A stretch of 64,000 bases of DNA from Actinomycetes bacterium (GCA_021796535.1 JAKABW010000001.1:128659-192658); one strand, 5' to 3'; shown: positions 28,042-38,935, numbered from the stretch's first letter. The notes: a model not told the origin generated them from the sequence alone. Numbers and translations are program-made.

Positions 28042-28648
28042 GGTCGATTGCCCGCCAGCAGTACCAGGCGACCAACGAGCGGTAAGGCTTGAATTTATCC
28101 CCTATTGCTTCAAGTTGCTTTGCCGTCGGCATTTCTGTTTGCCAGGCCAGACCGTATCCTTTTCTGACACCAAAATCGGTGACCGGCCAGACGTCTTTTC
28201 GCTGAAGCTGAAAGAGCAAAAGCATGTGTACCGTCCAGGGACCGATTCCTTTGACGACGCAGAGATTTTTGATGATTTCCTCGTCGCTTTGGAGCATCAG
28301 GTTTTCGGGCGTGACATCGATCGTCCCCTCGGCAGTCTTTTGGGCAAGTTCCAAAATACAGGAAGCTTTGGCACGTGAGAGTCCCAAGGCCGACAAAGTT
28401 TCGTGTGAAAGCCGGCTCAGTGTCGCAGGCGAAATATTGTTGTCCGCCGATTCTTTCAGTCTGTTAAATATTGTTTTGGCTGCATCTCCGTTAAGCTGCT
28501 GTGAAGTGATGCTGCGTACCAAAGCCGCAAACGGATCAGAGGCAAGCTTTTCTATTTTAGGACTGCCTATTTTCTTGATCAGTCGGGCAAGTTTGTCGTC
28601 GCATCCCGCCAGGTGTCCGGTTATATTGAAAGAGTCATCCTGAGTCAT
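28013..28648 (-). CDS. alkA: DNA-3-methyladenine glycosylase II family (HhH-GPD)
   Basis: VKGIGPWTVHMLLLFQLQRKDVWPVTDFGVRKGYGLAW, which holds the HhH motif and the catalytic Asp. Start set at ATG 28648. Confidence 0.8.
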   Translation of the reverse strand: MTQDDSFNITGHLAGCDDKLARLIKKIGSPKIEKLASDPFAALVRSITSQQLNGDAAKTIFNRLKESADNNISPATLSRLSHETLSALGLSRAKASCILELAQKTAEGTIDVTPENLMLQSDEEIIKNLCVVKGIGPWTVHMLLLFQLQRKDVWPVTDFGVRKGYGLAWQTEMPTAKQLEAIGDKFKPYRSLVAWYCWRAIDLKDDPDYIV

Positions 28649-28736
28649 AGTTAAGAATATATCCGCCGAAACTCTGACGCGAATCATACGGTTTTTTTAT
28701 GCAAGCCAAATAACGAAAGCCGGGGTTTTACCTATC

Positions 28737-30566
28737 CTATGACGCGCCGTCGGCGCTTTTGGCGGTTGTATTGCCGACGGCCTCACGGTGGAGACCGTGG
28801 TGCCCCTGAGCGGCATCCTGGTAAACATAGTGCCCTCCGCGTAAAACGGATGCGCCTGCTGCGGCTATGCATGCCAGTATCGAGAAATCAAAAGCTTCGT
28901 GCAGACCTTTTTTGAAGGGCGCCGCTATGAGAGAGGGAAAGAATTTGTGTCCGTATAAAACTTTCAGGTGGGCATGCGACAGATGCGAGAGCGCTTTTGT
29001 GCCGAGCAGGTGCTGTATGGGGTTATACCCCAAAAAGGCGGAGAATAAAATTGACACGGGGGGCAGGTGAGCGACTTTGCCGGCCAGTGCCGCAGACACT
29101 CCCTCCCGGTGTAAACCGGCCGTCAGGACATGAGGCAGGGTCGAGGAGAAGCCGAGGATCATCAGAGTAAAGAAAATACCTATGGAAAGCACCTGTGCGG
29201 AGTTCTGAAAAGTCGAGTTCATGCCTCCTCCGGCGCCCCTGTGTTGGGCGGGGAGGCTGTTCATAATGGCCGCCCGGTTGGGGGCGGCGAACAGGCCCAT
29301 GGAGAGACCGTTTAAAAAGATCAGAAGTGCAAAGACCGGGAAAGGGAAATTGATGGGCAAAAGCTCCAGCAGGCCAAAACTTAAAGCCGCCAGGAGCATA
29401 CCGCCCGTCGTAAACGGTCTGGATCCGAAACGGTCTGACAGCGTACCGGCGGTGGGACCAGCCAAAAGAAACCCCGCCGTTAACGGGAGCATATATATTC
29501 CGGCCCACAGAGGTGTATTGGCGAAGTCATACCCATGCTGCGGCAACCAGATGCCCTGCAGCCATATGATCAGCATAAACTGTAGTCCGCCTCGGGCGAC
29601 GGCGGCCAAGAAAGTGGAAATGGTGCCTGCCGTAAAGGCTCTTATTTTAAAAAGCGGCAGACGAAACATCGGATTATCCGACCTGTATTCAATGACGGCA
29701 AACGCTATCAAAAACAGCACACCGACAACTAGTTCCGTGATGACTTTGGGGCTGCCCCAACCCATGGTGGAGCCTCCCGCCGGCTCAATGCCGTAAGTTA
29801 TGCCTATCATAACCAAAACCAGTCCCACGGCAAATGTGATGTTGCCGAGCCAGTCGATTTTACCCGGCTTAAGTTCGCCGCGTTCTTCCAGTTTGAAGTA
29901 GGCCCAAAGGGTTCCCGCCAGTCCAAAGGGAACGGATACCAAAAAAACCAGCCGCCAGTCTATTGGTCCCAAAATTCCGCCCAGTACAAGGCCCATGAAT
30001 GAGCCAGATATGCCGGCCACGTTATTGATTCCAAGTGCCATGCCTCTTTGATGAGGCGGGAAAGCGTCAGTCAGGATTGCCGCTGAGTTGGCTATTATAA
30101 AAGCAGCGCCTATTCCTTGGAATATCCTCATGACAACCAAAAACAGAGCGCCGGAGCGTCCCGTCATCCAGTCTATGCTCAGCACCAAAGAGAATACCGT
30201 ATAGATGACAAATCCAAGGTTGTATAACTTAACGCGGCCGTAGATGTCACCCAGACGGCCGAAATTGACCACCAGCACGCTGGATACTATCAAAAATCCG
30301 AGCAGCAGCCAAAGAAGGTAGAAGGTATTGCCCGGCTGTAAGGGGTCTAAATGCACTCCATTAAAAATGTCCGGCATGGCTATCAAAGTAATTGTGCCGT
30401 CTATGGTGGCAAGTAAAATCCCCAAGGTGACATTTACCAAAGCCACCCATTTGTAATTGTCGTTTTCCGTTTTTTGGGGTTTGCCCGTGTTTTCATTTTG
30501 GATCCGGGAAGACTGCGCCGGAGATCCTTCGTTTTCTGAGTTTCCGGTCGGATGTTTTGAAGGCAT
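28737..30566 (-). CDS. MFS transporter (DHA2-like, about 14 TMS)
   Basis: 609 aa and polytopic. MFS-like loops (GRLGDIYGRVKLY, LSDRFGSRP), with a hydrophilic N-terminal tail. Confidence 0.8.
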   Translation of the reverse strand: MPSKHPTGNSENEGSPAQSSRIQNENTGKPQKTENDNYKWVALVNVTLGILLATIDGTITLIAMPDIFNGVHLDPLQPGNTFYLLWLLLGFLIVSSVLVVNFGRLGDIYGRVKLYNLGFVIYTVFSLVLSIDWMTGRSGALFLVVMRIFQGIGAAFIIANSAAILTDAFPPHQRGMALGINNVAGISGSFMGLVLGGILGPIDWRLVFLVSVPFGLAGTLWAYFKLEERGELKPGKIDWLGNITFAVGLVLVMIGITYGIEPAGGSTMGWGSPKVITELVVGVLFLIAFAVIEYRSDNPMFRLPLFKIRAFTAGTISTFLAAVARGGLQFMLIIWLQGIWLPQHGYDFANTPLWAGIYMLPLTAGFLLAGPTAGTLSDRFGSRPFTTGGMLLAALSFGLLELLPINFPFPVFALLIFLNGLSMGLFAAPNRAAIMNSLPAQHRGAGGGMNSTFQNSAQVLSIGIFFTLMILGFSSTLPHVLTAGLHREGVSAALAGKVAHLPPVSILFSAFLGYNPIQHLLGTKALSHLSHAHLKVLYGHKFFPSLIAAPFKKGLHEAFDFSILACIAAAGASVLRGGHYVYQDAAQGHHGLHREAVGNTTAKSADGAS

Positions 30567-30623
30567 ATAGTTAGCTTAGCGAAATATATTTTTTTGAATC
30601 TCAAATACGGTCCGCTATTTTAT

Positions 30624-31121
30624 TTATTGATAAAAGTTATTCCTATATCGCCAAACATTTGTTTCGCGTTGGGTAAAACCCATCTTTTCGTACAGCCTGT
30701 TTGCCGCCGCTCTTTGGGGTCTTGAGGTGAGTTCAACATGCTTGACGTTGTATTCGAGGCTTTCTGAAATTGCCGCTGCCACCAGAGCCTTTCCCACTCC
30801 CCTGTTGCGTGCGGAATCGTCCACCACGACATCTTCTATAAGCGCAATCTTGCCTGTTATGAGATTGAGGTAGCCTACCGTTATCATGCCTACGATTTTT
30901 GTGCCGCCGGCTTCAGTGACTTTTAATTTTGCCGCAAAGACTGAAATATTGTTGCTGTTTAAAATTGCGCCGAGTTGTTGGTCTGTCGGCACGGCGGCAG
31001 AGGAGGAGAGTTGCGGCAAAAGGTAGGCCAAAGCGGCTTTGAAGTCTTGATCGGAGGCTTGAACTTTTTCTACCGATACGGCTTGGCCGTATGGATGGGA
31101 AGCGGCTGTTGTCTCTGACAC
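30624..31121 (-). CDS. GNAT-family N-acetyltransferase
   Basis: Acetyl-CoA binding motif VVVDDSARNRGVGKALV and C-terminal AANRLYEKMGF. Confidence 0.8.
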   Translation of the reverse strand: MSETTAASHPYGQAVSVEKVQASDQDFKAALAYLLPQLSSSAAVPTDQQLGAILNSNNISVFAAKLKVTEAGGTKIVGMITVGYLNLITGKIALIEDVVVDDSARNRGVGKALVAAAISESLEYNVKHVELTSRPQRAAANRLYEKMGFTQRETNVWRYRNNFYQ

Positions 31122-31356
31122 GAGATAAGTTTATACTAAATTTGAATGGACAGCAGCCATTACAAGCATTGCTCTCGCGTCTTGCGGAGTTTGTTCAATG
31201 AAGGGTATTTTTTCAAAACGGTAACAAAAAAAATAATAAGCGACAGCAAGAAGGAATTTTGTTTGAGTGTCGGGAAAACCCTCTTTCTTTCGGCTAAATT
31301 TATAAAAGGGATTTTGTCGGCAGTCGGCGGATAAATTTTTATCAGAGATATAAGTT

Positions 31357-32229
31357 ATGAAAAAATTTTGGAAGTTTAGGGACGGCAAGCACATCAAATA
31401 TATCCAACTGCCCAAACTTTCCGACGCGACGATGATTGTGGCATTTGAAGGTTGGAACGATGCGGGGAGTGCGGCGTCTCTCGCTTTGGCCGTTCTCAGG
31501 AATCAATGGAAGTCTGCCAAAATTGCCGAAGTTGACAGCGAAGAGTTTTTTAACTTTACTGATTTACGTCCGGAAATGTATTTTTCAAGCGAAAATCGCC
31601 GCTATATCAGTTGGCCCAAAACAACCATATCATTGGCATCTTCAGAGAGGTCTCCCGGAGATGTGGTCTTTGTCTACGGTGCCGAACCGCAGCTAAAGTG
31701 GAAGACATACAGCCACAATTTATATGTGCTGGCCAAAAAACTGAATTGCCGAAGAGCAATTTTTCTCGGATCGCATTTGGCTGACGTGACTCATGACCGG
31801 CCCGTGCAAATCGCCGTCTCGGGTGACGTATCCTCTCTCGGCGTAAACGATAAGGCGGTTGTTTCCGGATACGAGGGGCCCGTAGGGATTCTCAGCGCTT
31901 TACAAACAGAGTTTGAAAATCGCAATATTTTGACGGGGAGTATCTGGGCCGGGGTACCCAATTACAGCGAATCGACTTCGCCGAAGGCCGCATTGGCTTT
32001 GGTGTTGTCGGTGAATGAAATATTGAAGGGTACCGTATCAACCGCCGAATTGGAGCGCTTGGCAAAAGAATACGAAGTCAGAATGACAAATATGGTGGAT
32101 GCGGACGATCTGTTGGCCACATACGTGTCTTATGTCTCCGAACGCAACGATATCGACACTCTGATGGCCGCTTCAAACGAGGTGATAAAAGAGATTGAAG
32201 ATTTTTTGCGCAAAGAAGAAAGCAATTAA
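31357..32229 (+). CDS. PAC2-family (proteasome assembly chaperone-like) protein
   Basis: MIVAFEGWNDAGSAAS near the N-terminus and GPVGILSAL. Size and pattern match actinobacterial PAC2 proteins. Confidence 0.7.
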   Translation: MKKFWKFRDGKHIKYIQLPKLSDATMIVAFEGWNDAGSAASLALAVLRNQWKSAKIAEVDSEEFFNFTDLRPEMYFSSENRRYISWPKTTISLASSERSPGDVVFVYGAEPQLKWKTYSHNLYVLAKKLNCRRAIFLGSHLADVTHDRPVQIAVSGDVSSLGVNDKAVVSGYEGPVGILSALQTEFENRNILTGSIWAGVPNYSESTSPKAALALVLSVNEILKGTVSTAELERLAKEYEVRMTNMVDADDLLATYVSYVSERNDIDTLMAASNEVIKEIEDFLRKEESN

Positions 32230-32367
32230 AGCAGTTTTCCGTACAGCGAGGTTTGCCGTTCCGGACAGAGCCGTTTATGAAAAATGGTCGTTTGCGGCAC
32301 TGTCCGCGGGCTTTTCTGGGGTGACGCCGTGATAAACGAAGAGTGTAAGTATTTGGTATCGCGCACC

Positions 32368-32520
32368 ATGTCGAACGGAGAGAGAATTCTGAAGTGCAAA
32401 TTGAGTGCCAATCAGGACGTACCGTTTGCCTGTCCGGAAGGCTGTGTTTTTTTCGAGCGCAAGACTATTTCCAGCGCCGGGTGGCAGGTGGGATTTAAGA
32501 GGCCTAAGGGCAGGTCTTGA
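32368..32520 (+). CDS. Small hypothetical protein with a CPxGC motif
   Basis: MSNGERILKCKLSANQDVPFACPEGCVFFERKTISSAGWQ. The ORF could instead start at 32284. It overlaps the convergent larE 3' end. Coding status unproven. Confidence 0.35.
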   Translation: MSNGERILKCKLSANQDVPFACPEGCVFFERKTISSAGWQVGFKRPKGRS

Positions 32521-33406
32521 CGGGCTGCCGGACCTGATCTTTGGTGCCGGTGTCAATGGGTTTTGGTGCGGCGGTGCTTCCGGATCTGAAGCCTTCCAGA
32601 TCCAAAGTGACGTATTTGTAGCCGGCGTTTTTGACGGCTGCCACTACCTCCGCCCTCCTGGCGGAGATAACGGGCAAGTCTTCGAGCCCCAATTCTATTC
32701 TGGCCAACTCACCGTGGTGTCTTACCCGCAAATTCCCTATTGCAAGCCGACGCAGATTTGCTTCGGCGGCCGCGACCTTTTTCAGAACTGTAACGGTTAT
32801 GGGTGTTCCGTTGGGAACCCTGGAAGAAAGACAGGGGGCGGCCGGTTTATCGTGGGTGGGCAAGTCCATAAGCAGTGAGGCCTCTCTGATCATTTGTTTG
32901 GTGAAGCCGGCTTCCAAGAGGGGGAATTGCCCCCCTGCCTGTTTGGCGGCTTCCTGACCCGGTCTGTATTCTTTTAAATCATCCGAATTGACGCCCAGTA
33001 CCACGGCGGCACTCAATGCTTTGGCAAGAGGCGTCAGAGTATCCATGAGCTCTGATTTGCAATAAAAACAGCGGTCGTGGTTGTTTGCCGCATATAACGG
33101 ATTGTTGAGTTCAAAAGTGTTGACGGCAACCCACGACAAGTCAAAGCGGGCAGCCAGCCCGGCGCAATCTTTCAGTTCGGCAACGGCCAGTGACGGCGAA
33201 TTGGCGGTGGCGGCCAAAGCATGCTGCGGTCCCAGGATATGTCGGGCCCTTATGGCCAGAAAAGTTGAGTCCACTCCCCCCGAAAATGCCGTTACGACCG
33301 ATTTGTAGCCTTTGAGTAAATTGTCCAGTTTGTCCAAAGATTTCAGCAAAGAAGGGTTATCGGTATGTACCGTCAGTCGAGAAGAGTCGGCGGAAAGCGA
33401 AGTCAT
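32504..33406 (-). CDS. larE: PP-loop ATP pyrophosphatase, LarE-like (TIGR00268-type)
   Basis: PP-loop AFSGGVDSTF and a PCLSSR motif with a Cys in the position of the LarE sacrificial Cys. Its start overlaps the hemQ stop (ATGA). Confidence 0.7.
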   Translation of the reverse strand: MTSLSADSSRLTVHTDNPSLLKSLDKLDNLLKGYKSVVTAFSGGVDSTFLAIRARHILGPQHALAATANSPSLAVAELKDCAGLAARFDLSWVAVNTFELNNPLYAANNHDRCFYCKSELMDTLTPLAKALSAAVVLGVNSDDLKEYRPGQEAAKQAGGQFPLLEAGFTKQMIREASLLMDLPTHDKPAAPCLSSRVPNGTPITVTVLKKVAAAEANLRRLAIGNLRVRHHGELARIELGLEDLPVISARRAEVVAAVKNAGYKYVTLDLEGFRSGSTAAPKPIDTGTKDQVRQPVKTCP

Positions 33407-34059
33407 GCGAATATACTTTCTCCGGGCAAAATCATTCCCGTGTAGAAAGGACCGAAATCGGCGTATTTGGCGGACGCTTCGTCAAAGCGCATTTTGTACA
33501 CGCACTCTTTAATGTCGTCGAATTCTTTTGCAAACAGGGTAACGCCCCATTCAAAGTCATCCAGTCCGACCGACCCGGTTACCAATTGCAACACGCGTCC
33601 CCGGAAGGCCTTTCCGGACTGTCCGTGTTCCATCATGTTTCGCAGACGTTCTTCGTAGTCCAAGAGATACCAATTGTAAGAGGGATCCCTTTTTCTGGAC
33701 ATGGGATAAAAGCAAAAGCTCAGGAGGCCTTCCGGCGGAAGTTTCGGATTCAACCGAGCCTCTTTTATGTGATCGGGCATTTCGGAAGCGTATTCCGAGA
33801 CTTCAGTACGCGACAGAAACGAATAAGATAATTCATATCCGGCCTGTTTCAGCCCGAGCTGGAGTTGCCTTTGGACTATGAAGTCGGTGCCTATGCACAT
33901 CAGCCCAATATCTGATTTGTGTCCGGCGGTCGCGACGGCAATAACGGTCTGGCCGCAGTCTTCACAGCGGCGCACTGCTTCCGCAGCCTTTTTTGGGTCG
34001 GAATCTGTGCCGCTCCGCAAAAATAAATGCAGGACACTCCATGTCTCTAAGTCAGTCAT
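33403..34059 (-). CDS. hemQ: Chlorite dismutase-family protein (coproheme decarboxylase HemQ/ChdC-like)
   Basis: WYLLDYEERLRNMMEHGQSGKAFRGRVLQLVTGSVGLDDFEWGVTLFAKEFDDIKECVYKMRFDEASAKYADFGPFYTG. Confidence 0.8.
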   Translation of the reverse strand: MTDLETWSVLHLFLRSGTDSDPKKAAEAVRRCEDCGQTVIAVATAGHKSDIGLMCIGTDFIVQRQLQLGLKQAGYELSYSFLSRTEVSEYASEMPDHIKEARLNPKLPPEGLLSFCFYPMSRKRDPSYNWYLLDYEERLRNMMEHGQSGKAFRGRVLQLVTGSVGLDDFEWGVTLFAKEFDDIKECVYKMRFDEASAKYADFGPFYTGMILPGESIFA

Positions 34060-34367
34060 CGTTAACCCAGTTTAGAAGAGAAACCACTGCCCGGTGCACC
34101 AAGACGGTCATTAGAGGTAAAGAAAAAGTTTTGTTTGCGGCATTTTATGAAATTAATGCACAAATAGAGGCCACCATTCTCACAGTAGACCTCTATTTAT
34201 ACAGAAAGGAAATAAAACTTAATGCCCATAGCCAGTATAACTTCAGATATGAAAACGTGTCAGAGAATAAAAATATTTCCAAAAAATAATTAAATTTCGA
34301 AGTTTTACGGCAGACCGACTGATTTTACAATCGCCAGGCGCATCTCTTTGGAGAAAAAATAACAAAA

Positions 34368-34391
34368 AGGCGGAAGGAAATACTTCCGCCT
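34368..34391 (-). terminator. Rho-independent terminator of groEL (bidirectional shape)
   Basis: AGGCGGAAG-gaaata-CTTCCGCCT is flanked by AAAAA on one side and TTTTT on the other, 40 nt after the groEL stop. Confidence 0.8.
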
Positions 34392-34431
34392 TTTTGTTAT
34401 TTTAAACCGATTGGCTTATTTGGGCCGGTTC

Positions 34432-36121
<1,690 letters not shown>

Positions 36122-36230
36122 TCATAGGTCAAGTTATACCCCTTTGTGCAATCAGAAGAGGATAATTTTTTAAAACATTAGGATTTTTTATTTCAAGAGT
36201 TCGTCAACGGTCAATCGCCGCAAAGCACGG

Positions 36231-36506
36231 TCAGCCGCCGGCCACGGCGGGCACTATGGAAAGGCTCTGCCCGGGACTCACTTCGGTATTCAAGCCGTTC
36301 AAGAAACGGATATCCTCGTCCACCAGGTAAACGTTGACAAAGCGTCTTAGGTTGCCGCTTTCGTCCAGAAGGCGTTCGCCTATTCCCGGGTAATCTTTCT
36401 CCAGGTTGTTTATTACTTCTTTGACCGTGGCTCCTTCCACCGTCGCTTCGGAGTTGCCTCCGGTCAAAGATCTCAGCTGTGTCGGGATTCTTACTGTTGT
36501 CGGCAT
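36231..36506 (-). CDS. MoaD/ThiS-family sulfur-carrier protein, CysO-like, ending in GG
   Basis: MPTTVRIPTQLRSLTGGNSE...RRFVNVYLVDEDIRFLNGL...SIVPAVAGG. By eye it aligns along its length with the M. tuberculosis CysO sequence as I remember it. AAGGAGA SD. Confidence 0.8.
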   Translation of the reverse strand: MPTTVRIPTQLRSLTGGNSEATVEGATVKEVINNLEKDYPGIGERLLDESGNLRRFVNVYLVDEDIRFLNGLNTEVSPGQSLSIVPAVAGG

Positions 36507-36604
36507 ATTTTTCTCCTTGGTTATGAGCTAAAAAGTTACTGTATGTTTGGCGGGTGTGGCTATGGGGCAATGGACGGGGCCGCCTGCGTCTTTGAAAAGT
36601 ATTT

Positions 36605-37831
36605 TCAGAGACGCAGCAGTTCTTCGAATGCGTCCACGCTCGGAGCAATGGTATTGGTGGGACCCACTCTGTCTCCGAGTGCCTCAATTGTCTTCAGCCC
36701 GTTGCCGGTAATGTAAGCCACCACTGTCTCGTCGCGTTTTATGGCGCCGGAGTTTACCAACTTGACAAGGCTGGCGATGGTGACCCCTCCGGCTGTTTCC
36801 GCAAAAACACCTTCGGTTTTTGCCAGAAGACCGATGCCTTCCAGCAACTCGTCGTCGGATACCGCAGCGGCGGATCCGCCCGTTTTTCTGATTGTTTCCA
36901 GCGCATACCAGCCGTCGGCGGGATTTCCGATGGCGAGCGATTTGGCGATGGTGTCCGGCTTGACAGGTTTGATGTAGTCCGCACCGGAGAGAAAAGCTTC
37001 GGCAACCGGCGAACACCCCTGGGCCTGAGCTCCCGAAATGCGCACCTGGCTTTCCGGCACCAGCCCGAGTCGGGTCAATTCGTTAAAACCCTTGTAGATT
37101 TTGGTCAGCTGGCTGCCCGAGGCAATCGGTACCACGACGTGATCCGGCAATTGCCATCCCAGTTGCTCCGCCACTTCGAAAGCCAATGTTTTGGAACCTT
37201 CGGCATAGTAGGGGCGGACGTTGACATTGACAAACGCCCAATCGTCGTGCAGCATGGCCAGTTCTGCGCACAATCTGTTGACCTGGTCGTAGTTTCCGTC
37301 CACAGCTATCACGTGTCCGCCGAAAATTGCCGACATGGCAATTTTGTTGTGTTCCAAATTGGACGGCACGAATATATAAGCTTCCATTCCCGCCCGTGCG
37401 GCGTGTGCGGCAACGGAGTTGGCCAGGTTTCCGGTCGACGGACAGGCTGCCACCTTGAGGCCAAGTTCTCTGGCTTTGGAAAGGGCAACGGAAACTACCC
37501 TGTCTTTAAATGATCCCGTCGGGTTCCTGGTGTCGTCTTTTAAATAAAGACTGTTCAGGCCCAGTTCGGCGGCCAAGTGGTCGGCTCTCAAGAGAGGGGT
37601 GAATCCGGTGCTCAGATCGAGATTGGGACTGGCTTTCGTGGGTAACAGATCGCTGTAACGCCAGATAGTTTGCGGTCCCGACTCGATTTTTGAGCGGGAG
37701 ACGATTCCTTTCATGGAGTCATAGTCATAGATCACTTCCAGCGGGCCAAAACAAAATTCACAGGCGTTCAAAGCACTTATGGGGTAGGCCTTACCGCACT
37801 CACGACAGCAGAGACTTTCTACAAAGGACAT
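36605..37831 (-). CDS. Threonine synthase-family PLP enzyme with an N-terminal Cys4 ribbon
   Basis: CRECGKAYPISALNACEFC, the PLP lysine motif GSFKDR, and ThrC-like length of 408 aa. The physiological reaction is uncertain (see findings). Confidence 0.8.
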   Translation of the reverse strand: MSFVESLCCRECGKAYPISALNACEFCFGPLEVIYDYDSMKGIVSRSKIESGPQTIWRYSDLLPTKASPNLDLSTGFTPLLRADHLAAELGLNSLYLKDDTRNPTGSFKDRVVSVALSKARELGLKVAACPSTGNLANSVAAHAARAGMEAYIFVPSNLEHNKIAMSAIFGGHVIAVDGNYDQVNRLCAELAMLHDDWAFVNVNVRPYYAEGSKTLAFEVAEQLGWQLPDHVVVPIASGSQLTKIYKGFNELTRLGLVPESQVRISGAQAQGCSPVAEAFLSGADYIKPVKPDTIAKSLAIGNPADGWYALETIRKTGGSAAAVSDDELLEGIGLLAKTEGVFAETAGGVTIASLVKLVNSGAIKRDETVVAYITGNGLKTIEALGDRVGPTNTIAPSVDAFEELLRL

Positions 37832-37838
37832 TATACCT

Positions 37839-37939
37839 CCTCATCGGTCGGGCATTGGCACCTTGACATGCGAATCGGAATTGCGCACCTGGTTGCCGCG
37901 GTTTCAAAGGGCCCGTCCCTCAACCGCTCTGGATGATGG
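37839..37939 (-). promoter_or_regulatory. SAM-I (S-box) riboswitch
   Basis: The minus strand reads CCATCATCCAGAGCGGTTGAGGGACGGGCCCTTTGAAACCGCGGCAACCAGG...AAGGTGCCAATGCCCGACCGATGAGG. The P1 3' strand overlaps the GAGGAGG SD of the ThrC-like gene. Confidence 0.85.
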
Positions 37940-38128
37940 TTATAACTATAACAGAATTTAATTCTCAAGTTTACGTATTCTCACTATTTTGTTGAGTGGA
38001 GGGTTCGGCAGGTTTGATTTCCGGAAGCATATATTGCGGGCGGATGTTACGGACGGACAACAACTTTCCGACTCCGGTAAAATCTTTTCCGGGAATGGTC
38101 GCCAATCGAGCTTTAGTCTGGCTATGTT

Positions 38129-38935
38129 GTGATTATGAAGTACGACGGGGAAGTTGCTCAAAACTCGGACGAAGTGTCGTTTCGTGCGCAGTTTGGAACG
38201 GTGCCCGGCAAGTTACTGGATGCCAAAGGACAATTAAAACTTTCCGTTCTCATTCCCGCCAGAAACGAAGCCTCCACAATCGGATCCATAGTGTACGGCA
38301 TCCGGTCGAATTTTATGGGAAAGACCAAGTTTGTCGACGAATTGATCGTAATCAACGATGTATCGGCAGATGACACAGCGAATATAGCAAAAGACAACGG
38401 TGCAGACGTGATAGATCTTTTTGCCGATCGGGGCACGGCGCTTGGAAAAGGTGCTGCACTGCGCGAAGGAATAAAAGCCGCCGACGGTGATCTTCTGTTG
38501 TTTCTTGATGCCGATGTCACCAACTTCGCCGGGCATTTCGTCACGTCAATGTTTGCCCCGCTGCTTCTGGAAAAGAAGTTTATGCTGTGTAAACCCAAAT
38601 ATCAGCGTTTGAACGCCGGCTCTTCTTTCGGCGGAGGGCGCGTCACCGAATTGGTGGCAAAACCGGCCTTGGAGCTGCTTCTGCCGGAACTTGCCGCCGT
38701 TGAACAACCTTTGGCCGGGGAAACCGCAATAAGACGTGACCTTCTGGAGAAAATATCGGTAGCCGACAATTATCAAGTAGAGATAGCCATCCTAATTGAT
38801 GCCTACCGCCTGTACGGAGCGGAAGCAATCGCACAGGTCGACCTCGGGGAAAGATATCATAAGAGCAGGTCACTGGCGGATCTTGTGCCGACTGCCAAGG
38901 ATGTTTTGCGGGCTATACTGGAAAGGCTGGCGTAG
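38129..38935 (+). CDS. GT-A glycosyltransferase, glucosyl-3-phosphoglycerate synthase-like
   Basis: LSVLIPARNEASTIG, LIVINDVSADDT and a DxD motif (LFLDADV). The assignment to GpgS rests on resemblance and actinobacterial context. Confidence 0.6.
   Translation: MIMKYDGEVAQNSDEVSFRAQFGTVPGKLLDAKGQLKLSVLIPARNEASTIGSIVYGIRSNFMGKTKFVDELIVINDVSADDTANIAKDNGADVIDLFADRGTALGKGAALREGIKAADGDLLLFLDADVTNFAGHFVTSMFAPLLLEKKFMLCKPKYQRLNAGSSFGGGRVTELVAKPALELLLPELAAVEQPLAGETAIRRDLLEKISVADNYQVEIAILIDAYRLYGAEAIAQVDLGERYHKSRSLADLVPTAKDVLRAILERLA

Noticed and set aside
31146-31334. A 62-aa ORF ending in GG just upstream of the PAC2 gene, considered as a Pup/ubiquitin-like modifier.
   Set aside because: Pup ends GGQ/GGE and is acidic and disordered. 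This ORF is basic and lies in an AT-rich promoter-like spacer. It has no SD and no resemblance to ThiS/MoaD or Pup.
33993-34289. A 98-aa ORF in the AT-rich spacer between hemQ and groEL.
   Set aside because: It overlaps the hemQ start on the opposite strand. The translation is Lys/Asn/Tyr-rich, as expected from AT-rich noncoding DNA, and there is no SD.
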